From the NCBI RefSeq assembly GCF_009914755.1, contig NC_060929.1: a stretch of 64,000 nucleotides of DNA. One strand, written 5' to 3'. A program made the position numbers and the translations under genes. Each line of letters opens with the position of its first letter. Within the stretch, counting starts at the first letter, position 1. The DNA is from the human T2T-CHM13v2.0 reference genome, Homo sapiens. This document shows, piece after piece, positions 38,170 through 52,504 of this stretch. The notes beneath the pieces were generated by a model. That model saw only the letters and a program-made list of their open reading frames with translations. It made no database searches and was not told the origin of the DNA.

Positions 38170-38430
38170 ATTTAATAATTATAGCTTCTATTTGTACAGG
38201 ACTGATACAGGCCAGGCACTTTTCTAAGAGGTTATTTATTTGTATTAAGTCATTTAATTCCCACAACTCATCTATGAGGGAATTACTATTGTTATCCCCA
38301 TTTTACAGGTAAGTAAACTGAGGCAGAGAGAAGTTAAACAACGTGCCCAAGGTTACACATCCAGTGAGGACTGGAGCTGAGGTACAAACCCAGGTATTCT
38401 GGCTTCCAGGTTCATGCTTTTACCACTTAT
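38170..38430 (-). mobile_element. MIR near full length
   Basis: ccaggcact..tctaag..tcatttaattcccacaac..ccccattttacag..aaactgaggcagagagaagttaaacaacgtgcccaaggttacac. Confidence 0.9.
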
Positions 38431-38630
38431 ACTAGACTATGTAATAATTCCACCAAGAGCTTTGGTAACAATTAATGGCATACACCCTGCCTCTGCAGTG
38501 CCATGACAGTTCTCCTGATGAAGCTTCCCAGTCTGTCTTCTCTAGGCTATTGAAAGAGCTTTCTAGCTGAACTTGAAGCTGTGAGTCATTCCCTGCTCCT
38601 CAGAGTAATTCCCCGGGGTTCATTCCTAAT

Positions 38631-38726
38631 GCAAGGGGAGATGTCCCTCTAAGCTTCAGCGGGGAGGGCTAAATGTTTGCAAGGGGAGCTGCCCCTCTAA
38701 GCTTCAGCGAGGAGGGCTAAATGTTT
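38631..38726. repeat. 48-bp tandem duplication (2 copies, 45/48)
   Basis: gcaaggggag(a/c)tg(t/c)ccctctaagcttcagcg(g/a)ggagggctaaatgttt twice. Confidence 0.95.
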
Positions 38727-38785
38727 GGTTCAGCACATATCCTCAGTGTCTGGAAGAAGGATCAAAAAGGGATGGAGGGCGATTA

Positions 38786-38866
38786 AGAGGAAGAGAGGAA
38801 AGGAGCAGGGAAGGAGGGAAGGAAGGAAGGAAGGAAGGAAGGGAGGGAGGGAGGGAGGGAGGGAGA
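38786..38866. repeat. Polypurine tract including (GGAA)6(GGGA)6
   Basis: GGAA x6 at 38817-38840, GGGA x6 at 38841-38864. Confidence 0.95.
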
Positions 38867-40789
38867 CCCCTCAATTCAGCTTCATATGACTTCTTTTTAT
38901 TCTCCCAAATGCACTGTTTACTTTGGTCCCTCTGTGTCTTTGAGCACGCTCTTTCCTCAGCATGCAACGTCTGTCTCCTCTTTATTCAACTGATCCATCT
39001 GTCCATACCTGGCACTAATGCCACCTCTTGTAAAGAGCCATCCTCTCTTGCACTTCCTCTCCTAAACAGGATTCTTCGATCTGGGCCCCCACTGTCTACT
39101 ATTTATACTTCTGGGGAAAGCTGGCTTCCTTCCTTCACACTCAAATCCCAGATAGCCGTGTCCGTCCCCATTGTCCCTGGACTGCAAGTTTCCCGGTGGC
39201 AGAAGCTGAGTCTCATGCCCCCTCCTGTGCACCACAGAGCTGAGCACACCCAGGAAATGCTGGAAATACACGGAATTCTGACTTTAGTTTCCACCACTCA
39301 TCCAACTGCCAGATTTGCATTCTCTGCATCCATCCCATCAGTGCCTATGGGATAAAGATCCACTCTGGCCAAGCCACCAGTTAGTCAAGAAGTGAGAACT
39401 CAGATCTGTCTCCAAAGCCTCAGTTCTTTCTAAAATGCCCTTCTCTCTGCCTACTCTCTCTGCTCTCACTCCTTAATTCCCTACTTAAACTGACACATCC
39501 TGTATCTGAAAGGAAAAACAACACGGGCTCAGTCATACCTACTTGAAAGGTGGCTGTGGCAATGGAAGAAATTCAACACCTGCAAAAGCAGTCCAACAAA
39601 GTTCCAAAATCTGACTCATACCTTTCTAAATGGCATCTCCAAATATTTCTTGAATCTGAAAGCTGCAGTTTGTTAATTTTAACACGAAGACGACAAACTC
39701 AAGGAGTTATATCTCTTTAATTTTAATGAAATTTTGGGAGAAATTAAATAACTCACATTGGATATTATGTAATATTCTCTTTACATGTAAGTGCCCAGAG
39801 ATGTATCAATAGGGTCCACCAGTCCTACAAAGGTTCTGAAAATGTACATGGCCCAGAATTGGGTATCTTTGTGTGGGAGGTTCCGTGTTAGTGGAGTATT
39901 CTCCATGAGAAATTAGAAAAGCACTCCAATAATTTCCACAGATTGCTGTGAAACCAGGCAAATACTGTGTTCTTATCAATGAAGTATGACTAATTAATGG
40001 AGGTTTATTACTGCCTTCAGCGAATAAAGGAGGGAAGAGAAAGCTATGAATTTTCTTTAAGGAAATGACAGGATACTCCAAGTCTCTTCCTGTACAAATC
40101 CCTTCCAACCAGTAAGCTAAGCACTTGAGAAAGACATACACTCCATCAGGTCTCTAAGAAGCTATTTAGAAAAAGGTGGACCTTTCTGTTGTCTGAAAGA
40201 GTTAATAAACCTTCTCAATTTAGGAACCAATTTCCTCTCTGAAAATAGCACATGCGCAGAGGGAATTAGGCTGAACTCTGAGGGAGAGAAGACCTGTTCA
40301 GGGTGCCTTAAATCATTTAGTCTCGGGTACTGTTTCATCTTTGTTTTTACAAGGCAGGCCAGAATGAATCATTAGTTAATAGATTTATAGTATGATGATT
40401 TATACTGTGCACTATGACAGGTGGGATCACTCAACAGTGTCACAGGAGAGAACACCTGCTCTTAAGAGGTGTCCTCTTCAGAAAATGAATTTAGCTAAAA
40501 CTTACATTCAGTCATCTTTAGATGGTGTACAAATTGCAACACTAAAGTTGGGATTTGAAATGCTGGCAGAAAACATCTCAATGTGTAATCAAGTTGACAT
40601 GTAGATAGAAAATTCAGTTAATTATACGCCCTTTCTTTGTAGAGCTGTATTTATAGGCTGCATATTAAAAGTGATTTTCATGATTTGGTATGAGTCTTTT
40701 CTGCTAGAAAAGCATTTTCACAAACTTATCAGAGCTGAGCTAAAGATTAGACAAAAGGAATTTGCTTTGCCTAAGAAAGAGGAAATCTA

Positions 40790-42320
<1,531 letters not shown>

Positions 42321-44159
42321 TTATTTTTTTAAAAGTTGGCATGTTCTTGTTAAATGATCCTCCAAACCTCTTCTTCCTTGTTTCTACTCTTTTGATGTAC
42401 ACACTCACTTTTTAAGCTTAATAAAAGCCATTTTCTTTGTAAAAAGAGGAAAAGAAAAGAAAAATATAGATGTGAACATTAAAAAAGGAATGCACACCTA
42501 TTAGAAATGGGTTTACTAATGGAAATTTTTCAAGGAAGATGATCAAATTTCCAAGAAATACGACCCACTTATTTCTAAGAAAGAAATATGAATTTGGGTT
42601 ATGACAACTATGAATCAGGTCCTGTCACATCAGCCACATGGCAGAAATTTGATACTGTATGGAGATATATTTAGTGTTTCAAATTTTTATAGAATCATTA
42701 TAACCCATAAAAGAGAGGGAGAAAAAGGGTTCCTCAACTGTTTACATATTATAATGCAAACTATCACTTTGTTGATTTTTCACTGATGTAATTTCATTAA
42801 AAACATTTTTAAATGCCAAAAATAAATAAGACTCATATAAATTACAGTTGTGGCTAAAAAGACTCACCATTGTTCATATAGTCATTCTCCTCTATTATAA
42901 CTTCAAAAGTTAAAATAGGAGCAAAATAGTAACAGAAAAAAAAAAGCTTCTTGTTTTGTTTGGTTTTTTAAAAAGTTTTTTAAAAGAGACCACTCATTTG
43001 AAGTTAATCAGTATAATTTCAATTCATAGAAATCAAAAAAGAAAATTGTTGGTTGCTATTTCCAAAAGAATTAGGCATGAGAAAATGCTCCAGACTCACT
43101 TTCTTGTGTGAAAAGATCTTTCCTCCACTTCTTCAGCTATTGGTAACGCACATCCTTTGAGGGATGGTGTCTTGACCAGAGATCATCATTTCGTTCATTA
43201 AAATACCTTGAACTCAATCATGCCACGAACAGAAAAGCAGAGAGGTGGGTGGGAAGCTCCCGAAGTGTACTCGGGAATGCTGTCAGGATTTCATGTTATT
43301 GTATGGAATTTAGAATGTCAATAAAAATTCTCTTCCAGAAACCTGGAAATCCCAGGGGGTTTGAAGGGCCATGACCCAGGACTATGGCAATGTGCTCAGT
43401 ATGATTTGCTGCTCAAGAGGAAGAAATTAAGCACCCTGAGGGATGGGTTACACTGGGGGTTCCTGGGATAAGTGTCCAAGACCATGTGCCTGGGTCCCAG
43501 AATTGCAAAGGAGGAGAGAAATTTTCTTTCCCCAGAAAACAGGCTGTCCCCTGGGAGGAGACAGCCTCTAGGAAGACTTCGCTTTACTAAGGAGATTCTT
43601 CCCCACCTTCCTCGGGGTACAGGACTCAAGTGAAGTGGACACGGGAGTAGGCGAGGCTGCCCTTTAACTCCAGGACCAGAAGAATAAAGTTCTAGATGAA
43701 TCAGAACAAAGGTAAAACTGGCCCAAGGCCATGGAGGCAGCAAAAGGAATACCAGACCAGGGCCAGAGTGACCAGATGAGCCTGGGAAGTTCCAAAATTC
43801 AATTCCAGGAGGAGGAAAATTAATACAATATGAAGGTTTCGTTATCAAGTGAGAATCACGACCAGTAGAGCCCAGTGATGTGGAGTGGAGAGTGACTCTA
43901 AATGGCAGAGGTAGCTGTAGGTGGCCAGGGAACAGGACATGAGCAACATTAGTGAGATGGGCCTTACAGGGAAGTGTCTACCCAAGAAAACCCTTCCATC
44001 AAAGGCTGCCCTCTACCCAGGTGCCAAGTCTTTGGAAACAGGAGTTGAATCCTGTTTCCAGAATCTCCTACCTGTCTGTCTCCATTCACAGGAGGAAGGT
44101 ATATCAGAGCAGCAGAAGGTGTAAAAAGTTTTCTTAGAAGGAATAAAGATGCTTAGTGG

Positions 44160-44392
44160 GAAGGTTATGTCTAACTGAGAAGTTAACAACAGCAACAACT
44201 ATTTGGACTGACTAGCAAGCATTAATTTAGCAACTATAGGGTACAGAGTAATTTAGCAACTACAGGGTAAGCATCTTACAAAGAAGGTTATGTCTAACTG
44301 AGAAAGATCCCTGAATAACTGAGTATTAACAGGAGCAACAACTATTTGGACTGACTTGCAAGTATTAATTTGCCGACTACAGGGTACAGAGT
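44160..44392. repeat. Complex local direct duplication
   Basis: 22/22 match 44160-44181 vs 44283-44304; 23/23 match 44191-44213 vs 44334-44356; nested 20/21 match 44223-44243 vs 44249-44269. Confidence 0.92.
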
Positions 44393-44558
44393 CCACAGAA
44401 GAAATACCAAAGATTCTGTATCTCACAGGAAAAAAAAAAAAGAATATTTATTCCTTCATTTGCATTCTCTAATTCTTCCAGAACCATCCACATCTCATCT
44501 CTCCATGTTATCTCCTATTTGACTGTTGTAGATTTTCATATTTGTCAGCAGCTTATTA

Positions 44559-44756
<198 letters not shown>

Positions 44757-45656
44757 TCAGTTTTCAATTTATGCTGCCTTCTCCTTCTCAGTTTTAATTG
44801 TGTCTCATAACAAAAGCAGGTGCTAGCTATTATTTAAAATCAGGGAAATCTTCCCCAAGTGTCAACTGTCTAATATGATTAGGCTTAGTAACTAGATTTT
44901 GCCCCATATGAATTAAAAGTGTGTGTCTGCATGTGATGCATTTTTATTTCATTACTCCTCTCAATATTCAGTATTAATTATGTTTAAATACAGACTCCCC
45001 AGGGGAGCCCTATCTAACTAATTAGTAGGCGGTCATAACTAGATTTACTTGTTCTCTCCACCAGGAGTTGAAAGCTACCTTTGCTAAAGGAGCTTATTTA
45101 AACTCTCAACAGGCTATTGCTGTTTTCAACCTTGCTTTTGGAGCAGAATTTTCATTGAAAGCAATGACCTTCTCACTTGAAATATTTCAGTTCATGTAGG
45201 CCAATGCAATTTCTCCTGGTAGTCAGAACAACACTGTTAGTAATTAGGGACCATAGCATGAGGCAGATTAGCCCTTGCATGAAATTTATGCAGAATCTTT
45301 TACAAAGTGGCTTCTCTTAGCTACAGGGAGGCAGCATACTATGTTGGGACAAGCAGAGAGCTGTGAATTGGCACTGCTACCAAGCAAGTAATTCTTCTCA
45401 TAAGGACCTCAATGTTCTTTATAAAATGACATTTGGTATATCTTAGAATAATTGTATGTTGATGCCTCCATGCATTGGTCTCCTTCCTTAATTGGGGTTC
45501 TGAGGAATGAAACAATGGCTATAAGATCATAAGGTGGCTGAGTCAGTAACAGAAAAAACACAACCCATTAAGCTGAGTTGAACGTGCAGTGTCTGCTACT
45601 ACATGGAACTGGGCTTTGCCTCAGTTCTTGGTTAAAGTCACACTGTAAGATGACAC

Positions 45657-46323
45657 TGATACGTACAGGAGGCAGGGAAATACTGGGTAGAAGAGGGTGG
45701 GGTCCCTGGAGAGGGCTTCACCCTCAAGCCTGGACTTGTGATCCTAAATGAGAACTTGACATCCCTGTTTGCCTGCCTGAATGTTGCCTTCTGTTCTACC
45801 ACGCCCTCTGTCCTGTGCCCATAAGAACCCCAGACCCCAGACTCAACACACACGCACAGAAGAGAGAAGTGTCTGAATGTCTAGAGAAGCAGCAATTGGA
45901 CATCGGAGACTATGGCCAGAGGAGAGTTCAGCCACTGATAGCCAAACTCCAGGGGAAGACTGCCTTCCCACTCCAACCCATTTCCAGCTCCCCATCCCAC
46001 TGAGAGCCACTTCCATTGCTCAGTAAAATCTCCACATTCACCATATTTCAAGTCTGTGTGACCTCATTCCTCTTGGGCACTGGACAAGGACCCAGGTGCA
46101 GGTCAAGAGGCTGTCACACTGACTTTCCACTGAGCTGTTTAATGGTTGCTGTGGGCCAGTCTGGGGTTTGTTCCTGCCAGGACCCAAAGGCACTTGCCCT
46201 GGCTCCTGGAGCCACTCACCTGCATGCTCCCCCTCTTGCAAGCGGTTTGAGCATTGTTGGCTGATTAAGGGAGCCACCCTTTCACAAGTTCCACGAAGGG
46301 GTCAAGGGAACTATCTTGTCTTA
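45657..46323 (+). mobile_element. ERV1 solo LTR, MER50-like
   Basis: tgatacgtacaggaggcagggaaatactgggtagaagaggg...; 4-bp TSD ACAC at 45653-45656 and 46324-46327; family name from memory. Confidence 0.8.
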
Positions 46324-46899
46324 ACACCACCGATGTAAAAATACATATGGAATTCTGACCCTTTAAGCATCTAATATGTATAAATGTATTCATTCAACAT
46401 GCAACTTATCAGATGTCTGGTACATGCCAGACCCTACAGAAGTCACCATGAGATCACTGCCCAGGCAGAAAAAAAAAAAAAAAAAACTCCACAAAAGTCT
46501 AAAAATCACAATACAGCTTGGTATGCACTCATAGAGAAAAGTGAATATGGTGCTTGACGAATGGAGAAACTGCATCTGCTGTGGTCATCAAGTCATCAGC
46601 ACTTGAGCTGAGTTTGACAGGATGGGTCAGAAGAGTTGGCTAGGTGGAGAGACAGCAGAGGACCTGGAGAGGTGAAGGACAGACAAGGAGAAGTATGTGC
46701 ACAGGACGGTGTGTTTGGGAAATAGTGGGGTTTTATTGTTGCTAGAGAGTAGAATCCACGTGAGCAAGCTTGAAGGGGGTTTCTGGGATTAACTATGGAG
46801 TTTCAATTTTATCCTACAAGGCAATGACGATTACAAAATCACAAGAAAGAACCAGGTTTAAATGCGGAAGGATGTTGCAGAGATGTTCACCTGCCTAGT

Positions 46900-47425
46900 C
46901 CTGTTCTTGCTTCCTGTATTTTCCAAAGATGGTTAAAATAATACATCCTGTCCATGTTCTCTTTTGCCATGTGGCTCTTGCCATTCCCCATCAAGAAGCT
47001 GTGCCCATTTCTCCACCCCCTAGAATATAGGGGATGCTTTGACCAATAGCATATGGCAGAAGTGGCTCTGTGTCAATTCCAAACACAGATTTTAACTGAC
47101 CTGGCAGTTTCTGTTTCCCCTCTTTTAAAAGTCATGCCGCATAAGAATTACTGAAACCACCAGGCCATGAGAATCTCAAGACACATGAGAGAGGCCCTGG
47201 CAGATGAGACGCCATGTGGAGAGGAAGACCAAGGGGCACCGAGGAACTAGGCATGTAAGCGAAGTTCTCATGGAAGTGCATCCTCCTGCCCAAGAATCCT
47301 AGGCAGATGCCATGTTGACCACAGACAAATCACCCAGCAGAACCCTTTCGGACCATAAAATTGTGAGCAAAAGGAAAATAGTTGTTTGAAACCACTAAAT
47401 ATCTTTGTGTCATGGTAACTGCAGG
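46900..47425 (+). mobile_element. Old MLT1 (G/H-like) MaLR LTR
   Basis: ccccatcaagaag..tttctccacccc..gctttgaccaatag..tggcagaagtg...ttgtgagcaaaa..gttgtttgaaaccactaaat. Confidence 0.7.
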
Positions 47426-47694
47426 AGAAACAGGCCAAAGTTCAGAAAACCAGAGACTTCGTGTATCACCAACTCAACTGAGCTGCCCAGCTTCTCGACC
47501 CTTTCTCTTCCTCATCTTTAAAATGAGGATTTTGATTAAACCATCTTTAAGGCCCCTTTCCGCTCTATAATTCCCTAGAGTACTCACTTCGTTTCATTAT
47601 TCAACCTTTCTTTCCTTCCCACCTTTTCCCCTTATCCCTCCTCCTCCATCTCCTTTTCCCTACAACTAACTTGGGAATTCTGTAACAAAAAGCC

Positions 47695-47856
47695 CTTAAA
47701 ACAATGAGAAATGTTTTGGGGGTGATAAAATATTCTATAACTGTGTGGTGATAAAAGTTGAACAAGTCTATAAATTTACTAAAAATTATTGAATTGTACA
47801 CTTAAAATGGGGGAATTTTATAGCATATAAATTACATCTCAATAAAGCTATTTTTA
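47695..47856 (+). mobile_element. L1MB/MC-type extreme 3' end
   Basis: tttactaaaaattattgaattgtacacttaaaatggg..aattttatagcatataaattacatctcaataaagct. Confidence 0.85.
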
Positions 47857-48124
47857 AGGCCCTGGAAGAAAAGTCCTTAAAATAGCAAAATGAATAAAAT
47901 CTTCTTTCAATTATTTGTCCGGTTGGTGTGTGTTATCTTCAATCGTAAAATACTTGAAATACACTTAATTTTTAAAAGTAAATCTAGCTCCTGGCATAAC
48001 CCAACAGAGAGGGAACCCCAAGGAAGGCCATTTACCTCAAAAAAAAAAAAAGTTCAGGTTTTTTTGTTTGTTTTTGTTTTGTTTTTCTTTTTTTGCTTCC
48101 TGGAAGGTTGTAGGCTGGCTAATG

Positions 48125-48345
48125 AGTTTGGACTCTGAGGTCAGATTTGAATTGAGGGTCTGTTACTCCATCTCTTTGCTGTATGGCTTTGAGCAAAAAG
48201 AACCTATTTTCCTCACCTTTAAAATTGTATAATAGTAATTATTACATAAGGTTATGGTAAGGACTAAAGGAAACACACACATACACACACACACACACAC
48301 ATCCCACATCCCACAGTGCCTGGGCACATAGTGGGTGTTCACATA
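48125..48345 (+). mobile_element. MIR with (CA)n insertion
   Basis: ggactctgaggtcaga..ttttcctcacctttaaaatt..cacagtgcctgggcacatagtgg. Confidence 0.7.
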
Positions 48346-49968
48346 GCTGTAACTTTTCTTCAAAGGTAACAGAGCGCTAACTGATAACTTCTCTGAGTAA
48401 GGCAAATCCCCTAGCCCTTCACTTCTGGAGGCTTCTAGACGAAGTCTGATGGAAGAATAATCACCAGTGTGTCTGGGCACTGCTGCCCCACCCATCTCCC
48501 AGTTAAACTCCAAATCATGTCTCCTTTCCTGACATCCTGCTGTGGCTTGCATATCACATTGCTTGAAGTGCAAAGAAATTCTTTCCACTGACATAAAGAA
48601 CTGTAAATCTCTTATGTGAGATTTGGCAGCTCATTAATCCTCAGTAAGGAATGGAGAAAGGGAGGGATAGCTAGGATACCTTCTCATATTTTATCCTTTA
48701 CTTTGAATAATATTTTAACATAACAAACAAACAAATGCGTTTCTATGAGTTCCTAGAATTCCTCGCAGTCCTTTAGTTTTCCCATCAATAAGGGTTTTAT
48801 GGTATTAATAAAGAACAAGCTTTTCCTCACTAAAGAGATCTTCCCCTTGCTTAAACTTTAGGGCAATCATTCATATTTTGATTGAGAACTCACTATTTGC
48901 CAAGCCAGGCAGAAATGTACTGAGATACCCCAGCCCTGGCCAGAACACCTGACAGTCCAGGAAGAGAGGAGACACTTGGCCAATGGCTGCAGGGGATCCC
49001 CCAGTCACCTCAAGCCACAGAAAGCACAGAGAAGGTAACATGGACTCTGGGGTTTTGAAGCATCTATAGAAGTTCATTAGGCAGAAAGGAATGTGCCCAT
49101 CAGAAGGCCAAACACCTCTCAATCTCTGGCTTCCTGTTTTTTTTTGTTTTGTTTTTTTTCAATTTCATTTTATCTTTCACTTGCCTTCCCCATACTTTTG
49201 AGTTCCCCTCCCATCTCTGGTTTTGCAAGTCAATGACAAATAGTCAAACAGTGACTTGCTTAGCCCTTTTATGCAAATAATCCAGTATAACATCTGATTT
49301 TTACCTTCAAACGGCTCACAATCTACTTGATAAGATCATGGCATGGGAAACAGAGGGGACCAAACAACACTGCATGTCGAGCCATAAACTGTGTAGAAGA
49401 GACCATGAGTTTCATAATGGGAGCTGGGTGGACAGACATCAATGCAAGCTAAAACAATTTAGAATGGCTTCCTGTAGGAGGCAGACCTCCCTGTAAATGG
49501 CAGGGCGTATTGGGAGATATAAAAGTCTGACATGAGACCTTCCAGGCAGGAGCAACCTGAATGAGGCTCCAAGAAGGGGGAATGAGCAAGCGGTGTCTCT
49601 GTGGCACCCCATTCAAAATAAGCCTATGTCTACCAACCCCAGAGGGGTCATTTGAAAAGTAGAAAGTGTGTTCGGCAATCTGATAGCTCTATCTACATAA
49701 CATCCAACAATATGACCAATTTTCTCCCTGTAAATCCTGTTAAAATATGATTGTTCTTTGACATATCTGCTTCCCTGACCATACTGTGAGCTCTCTACAG
49801 GCAGGATGTCTGAGTTCTGTGACTTGGCCCAATGCCATGGTAGCATCAGAACACAAGACACATTGGGCCCATGCATGAAGCGTGGTTTTGTTTTCTTTCT
49901 TTACATGAGTGACTTGTTGTGACAGCATGAAAGGATCCCAAAAACCACTTTAGCTTCTAATTCTAGTC

Positions 49969-50202
49969 CAGTCATTCTCAACCAAGGGTGATTTTGCCCT
50001 ACCCTACCCTACCCTATCACCAGGAGGTGTTTGACAATATCTGAGGATATTTTTTGTTGTCATTACTGGAGAAGGTGCCATTGACATCTAGCGGGTAGAG
50101 GCTAGGGATGCTGATAAACATCCTACGATGGACAGGACAGACCTTGCAACAAAAAACCCTTCTGACCCAAACTGTCAATAGTGCTGAGGTTGAGAAACCC
50201 TG
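49969..50202 (+). mobile_element. MER20 hAT-Charlie element with 8-bp TSD
   Basis: cagtcattctcaaccaagggtgattttgccc...gtcaatagtgctgaggttgagaaaccctg; TSD ttctagtc/ttccagtc. Confidence 0.92.
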
Positions 50203-50903
50203 TTCCAGTCTATCACACACAAAGACTAAAACAGGTGCTGTGTTTGGATTGTGGGTGTTCTGATTCTCTCTGGGGTCATATATTCTCACTCCTACTCATT
50301 CTTAATCTTTCTTGTCAGTTCAAGGGAGGTGGCCCATTACTCATGGAAATGGAAGAAACCACCTGCCCCATGAACGTCAGATGTGGCTGGGCCCTGGCTG
50401 CAGGTGAGGTGTGTTACGAAGCTGCACCTGTACTACCTGTACTTCTTACAACATTTTCAATTGTCCCTACAAACATTCCAAAATAACAAACATTACAGAA
50501 AAATGAAGATGACAGTATCCACATAACAGCTGAACCACCTTATAAGCAACTTTACTTAGGACCAGGGCTTATCTGATATAAAATGTGCAGGCAAATTTTC
50601 TAGAGTTTTTCCTCTCCCAAGCGTTGCTTAAAGTGAAGAAATAAACTAAGTAGTTTGGAAAAGAGAGGAGGGCTTGATGGAAGCACTATTGTTTTTTTTT
50701 TTGAAAATCAGATTACCATATGATTGCTTTTTAGTCAGTTATGTCCCTACTGAAGCATAATTTATTCTTCAAAAAACGTCTTTGACAAAAATTTTGTGAT
50801 TGGGAGTACTAGAGTTAAGCATGTTTTGCAAATAGTAAATTAAGGTGGCTTGTATCTCCCAAGTAATTAACAAATTATTAAAGAGCTACAACAATATTAA
50901 ATG

Positions 50904-51758
50904 TGATACAGACAGGAGACAGGGAAATACTGGGTAGAAGAGGGCGGTTCCCCAGCAAAGGCCCAGCTTAAAGCCTGGATAAACTCAGCCCTAAGTGACA
51001 ACAGGCATTCTTGTTTTTGTGCCCAAAAAGTTGCCTTTTGGCCGATCACGCCCCCCTATCCTGTACCCATATAAATACCGAACCCCAGGCTCCAGGAGCA
51101 GATGAGGAGATGAGGAGACAAGCAGACAAATGGCAGAATGGCGTGGCAGAGAAACAGAGAAGGGAAAGAGTGTCTGAGCACCTAGAGGAGTTTGGCTGGG
51201 GGTGGTCAGAGAGGAGTTCGGCCGCTGGATGGGCAAACTCCAGGGGAAGATCATCTTCCCACTCCATCCCCCTTCCAGCTCCCCATCTATCCTGTTGAGA
51301 GCCACCTCTACCACTCAGTAAAACCCCCACATACATCCTTCAAGTCCATGTGTGACCTGAATCTTCCATGACGCTGGACAAGAGCTCAGGATACAGAAAG
51401 CTGTCATACTGGCCTTCTGCCCTTGTGAAAAGGCAGAGCGTCCACTGAGCTGGTTAAACACTCAAGCCATTCGTGGACGGCAAAGCTGAAAGAGCACACT
51501 GTAACATGCTTCCTTGGGCTTTGGGAGTCACAGGCACCCACCCCTAGACATAATCAGAGCTGGAGTGGGGCTGGGGCCCAAAGTGCCCACCCACCAGAGC
51601 TGGGCAGGGCTGGAGCCCAAAGCACTCACCCAGGCTCCAACACCTGCCTGTCTGCATGCTCCCCCTCCCGTAAGGGGTTTGAGCTCAAGGCAGCCAAACA
51701 GAGAGCCACACCCCTGTCGCATGTCCTGCGAGGGGGGCCAGGGAACTCTCCCGTTTCA
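50904..51758 (+). mobile_element. Second MER50-like ERV1 solo LTR
   Basis: tgatacagacaggagacagggaaatactgggtagaagagggcgg...gggaactctcccgtttca; TG..CA termini; flanks aatg/aagg. Confidence 0.82.
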
Positions 51759-52446
51759 AAGGTGCCCTTTATTAAAAGAAATAAGCTTATATCTGGACAT
51801 TTTTAAGTTAAGAAATAGGAAAGCGAGGGCAGGTATGGGTTGCAGTGGTGGGTACAGAACTTGGAAGGTCATGTCTTGACATCTGCCAGGGAGAGGAAGG
51901 GATTGTGGGAGGCAGAACTGTTACCAGGCTCACATAGAGAAAAGATGAGGCCCAGAGGACCAGATATGTTTGCTTCCAGACGCCCCAGCTGGCCTGGGGC
52001 AGGGGAGAGAGAGAGTAAACAGGAAGCTGCAAAGCCACACACCAGGATCTTTGGAAGCTGCTCTGGCCTTAGATTACAAGGCCAGGCGGGTGGGAGAGTG
52101 GACAACACAGAACAAGACCAGTTTATCTCCAAGTAGCTAAGTTACCTGAGGATGTTGTGCTCCAGGGTATTTTTCTCCTGCAGCCACAGAAGCAGAGCTC
52201 TGCTTGGAGTGCTTTATGGAGACAACATTTGTAAAGTGCATGCATGCATGACTCTGCCTACGTTCTCTACCTGCTGGTGATGATGGCCAAGGTCACAACC
52301 TTGAGATGGAAAAACCTCGATGAGGGTCCTAACTGCCATTTCCTATATAACCTTGGAAATTCACTTGACTTTCAGATCCTGTTTCCTTATCTGCAAAATA
52401 GGGATAATAATACCTACTTCAGGGATTATGAATTGCTTGGAGCATC

Positions 52447-52459
52447 TGTGACATAAGAA

Positions 52460-52504
<45 letters not shown>

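Noticed and set aside
42861-43105. Minus-strand donors G|GTGAGT (~42867) and A|GTGAGT (~43100)
   Set aside because: No convincing paired acceptor or coding frame; expected by chance
43396-43848. 150-aa ORF and GC-richer block (similarly 22038-22472 and 38909-39355)
   Set aside because: No recognisable domain or splice context; probably old unclassified LTR/L2 sequence that I cannot name
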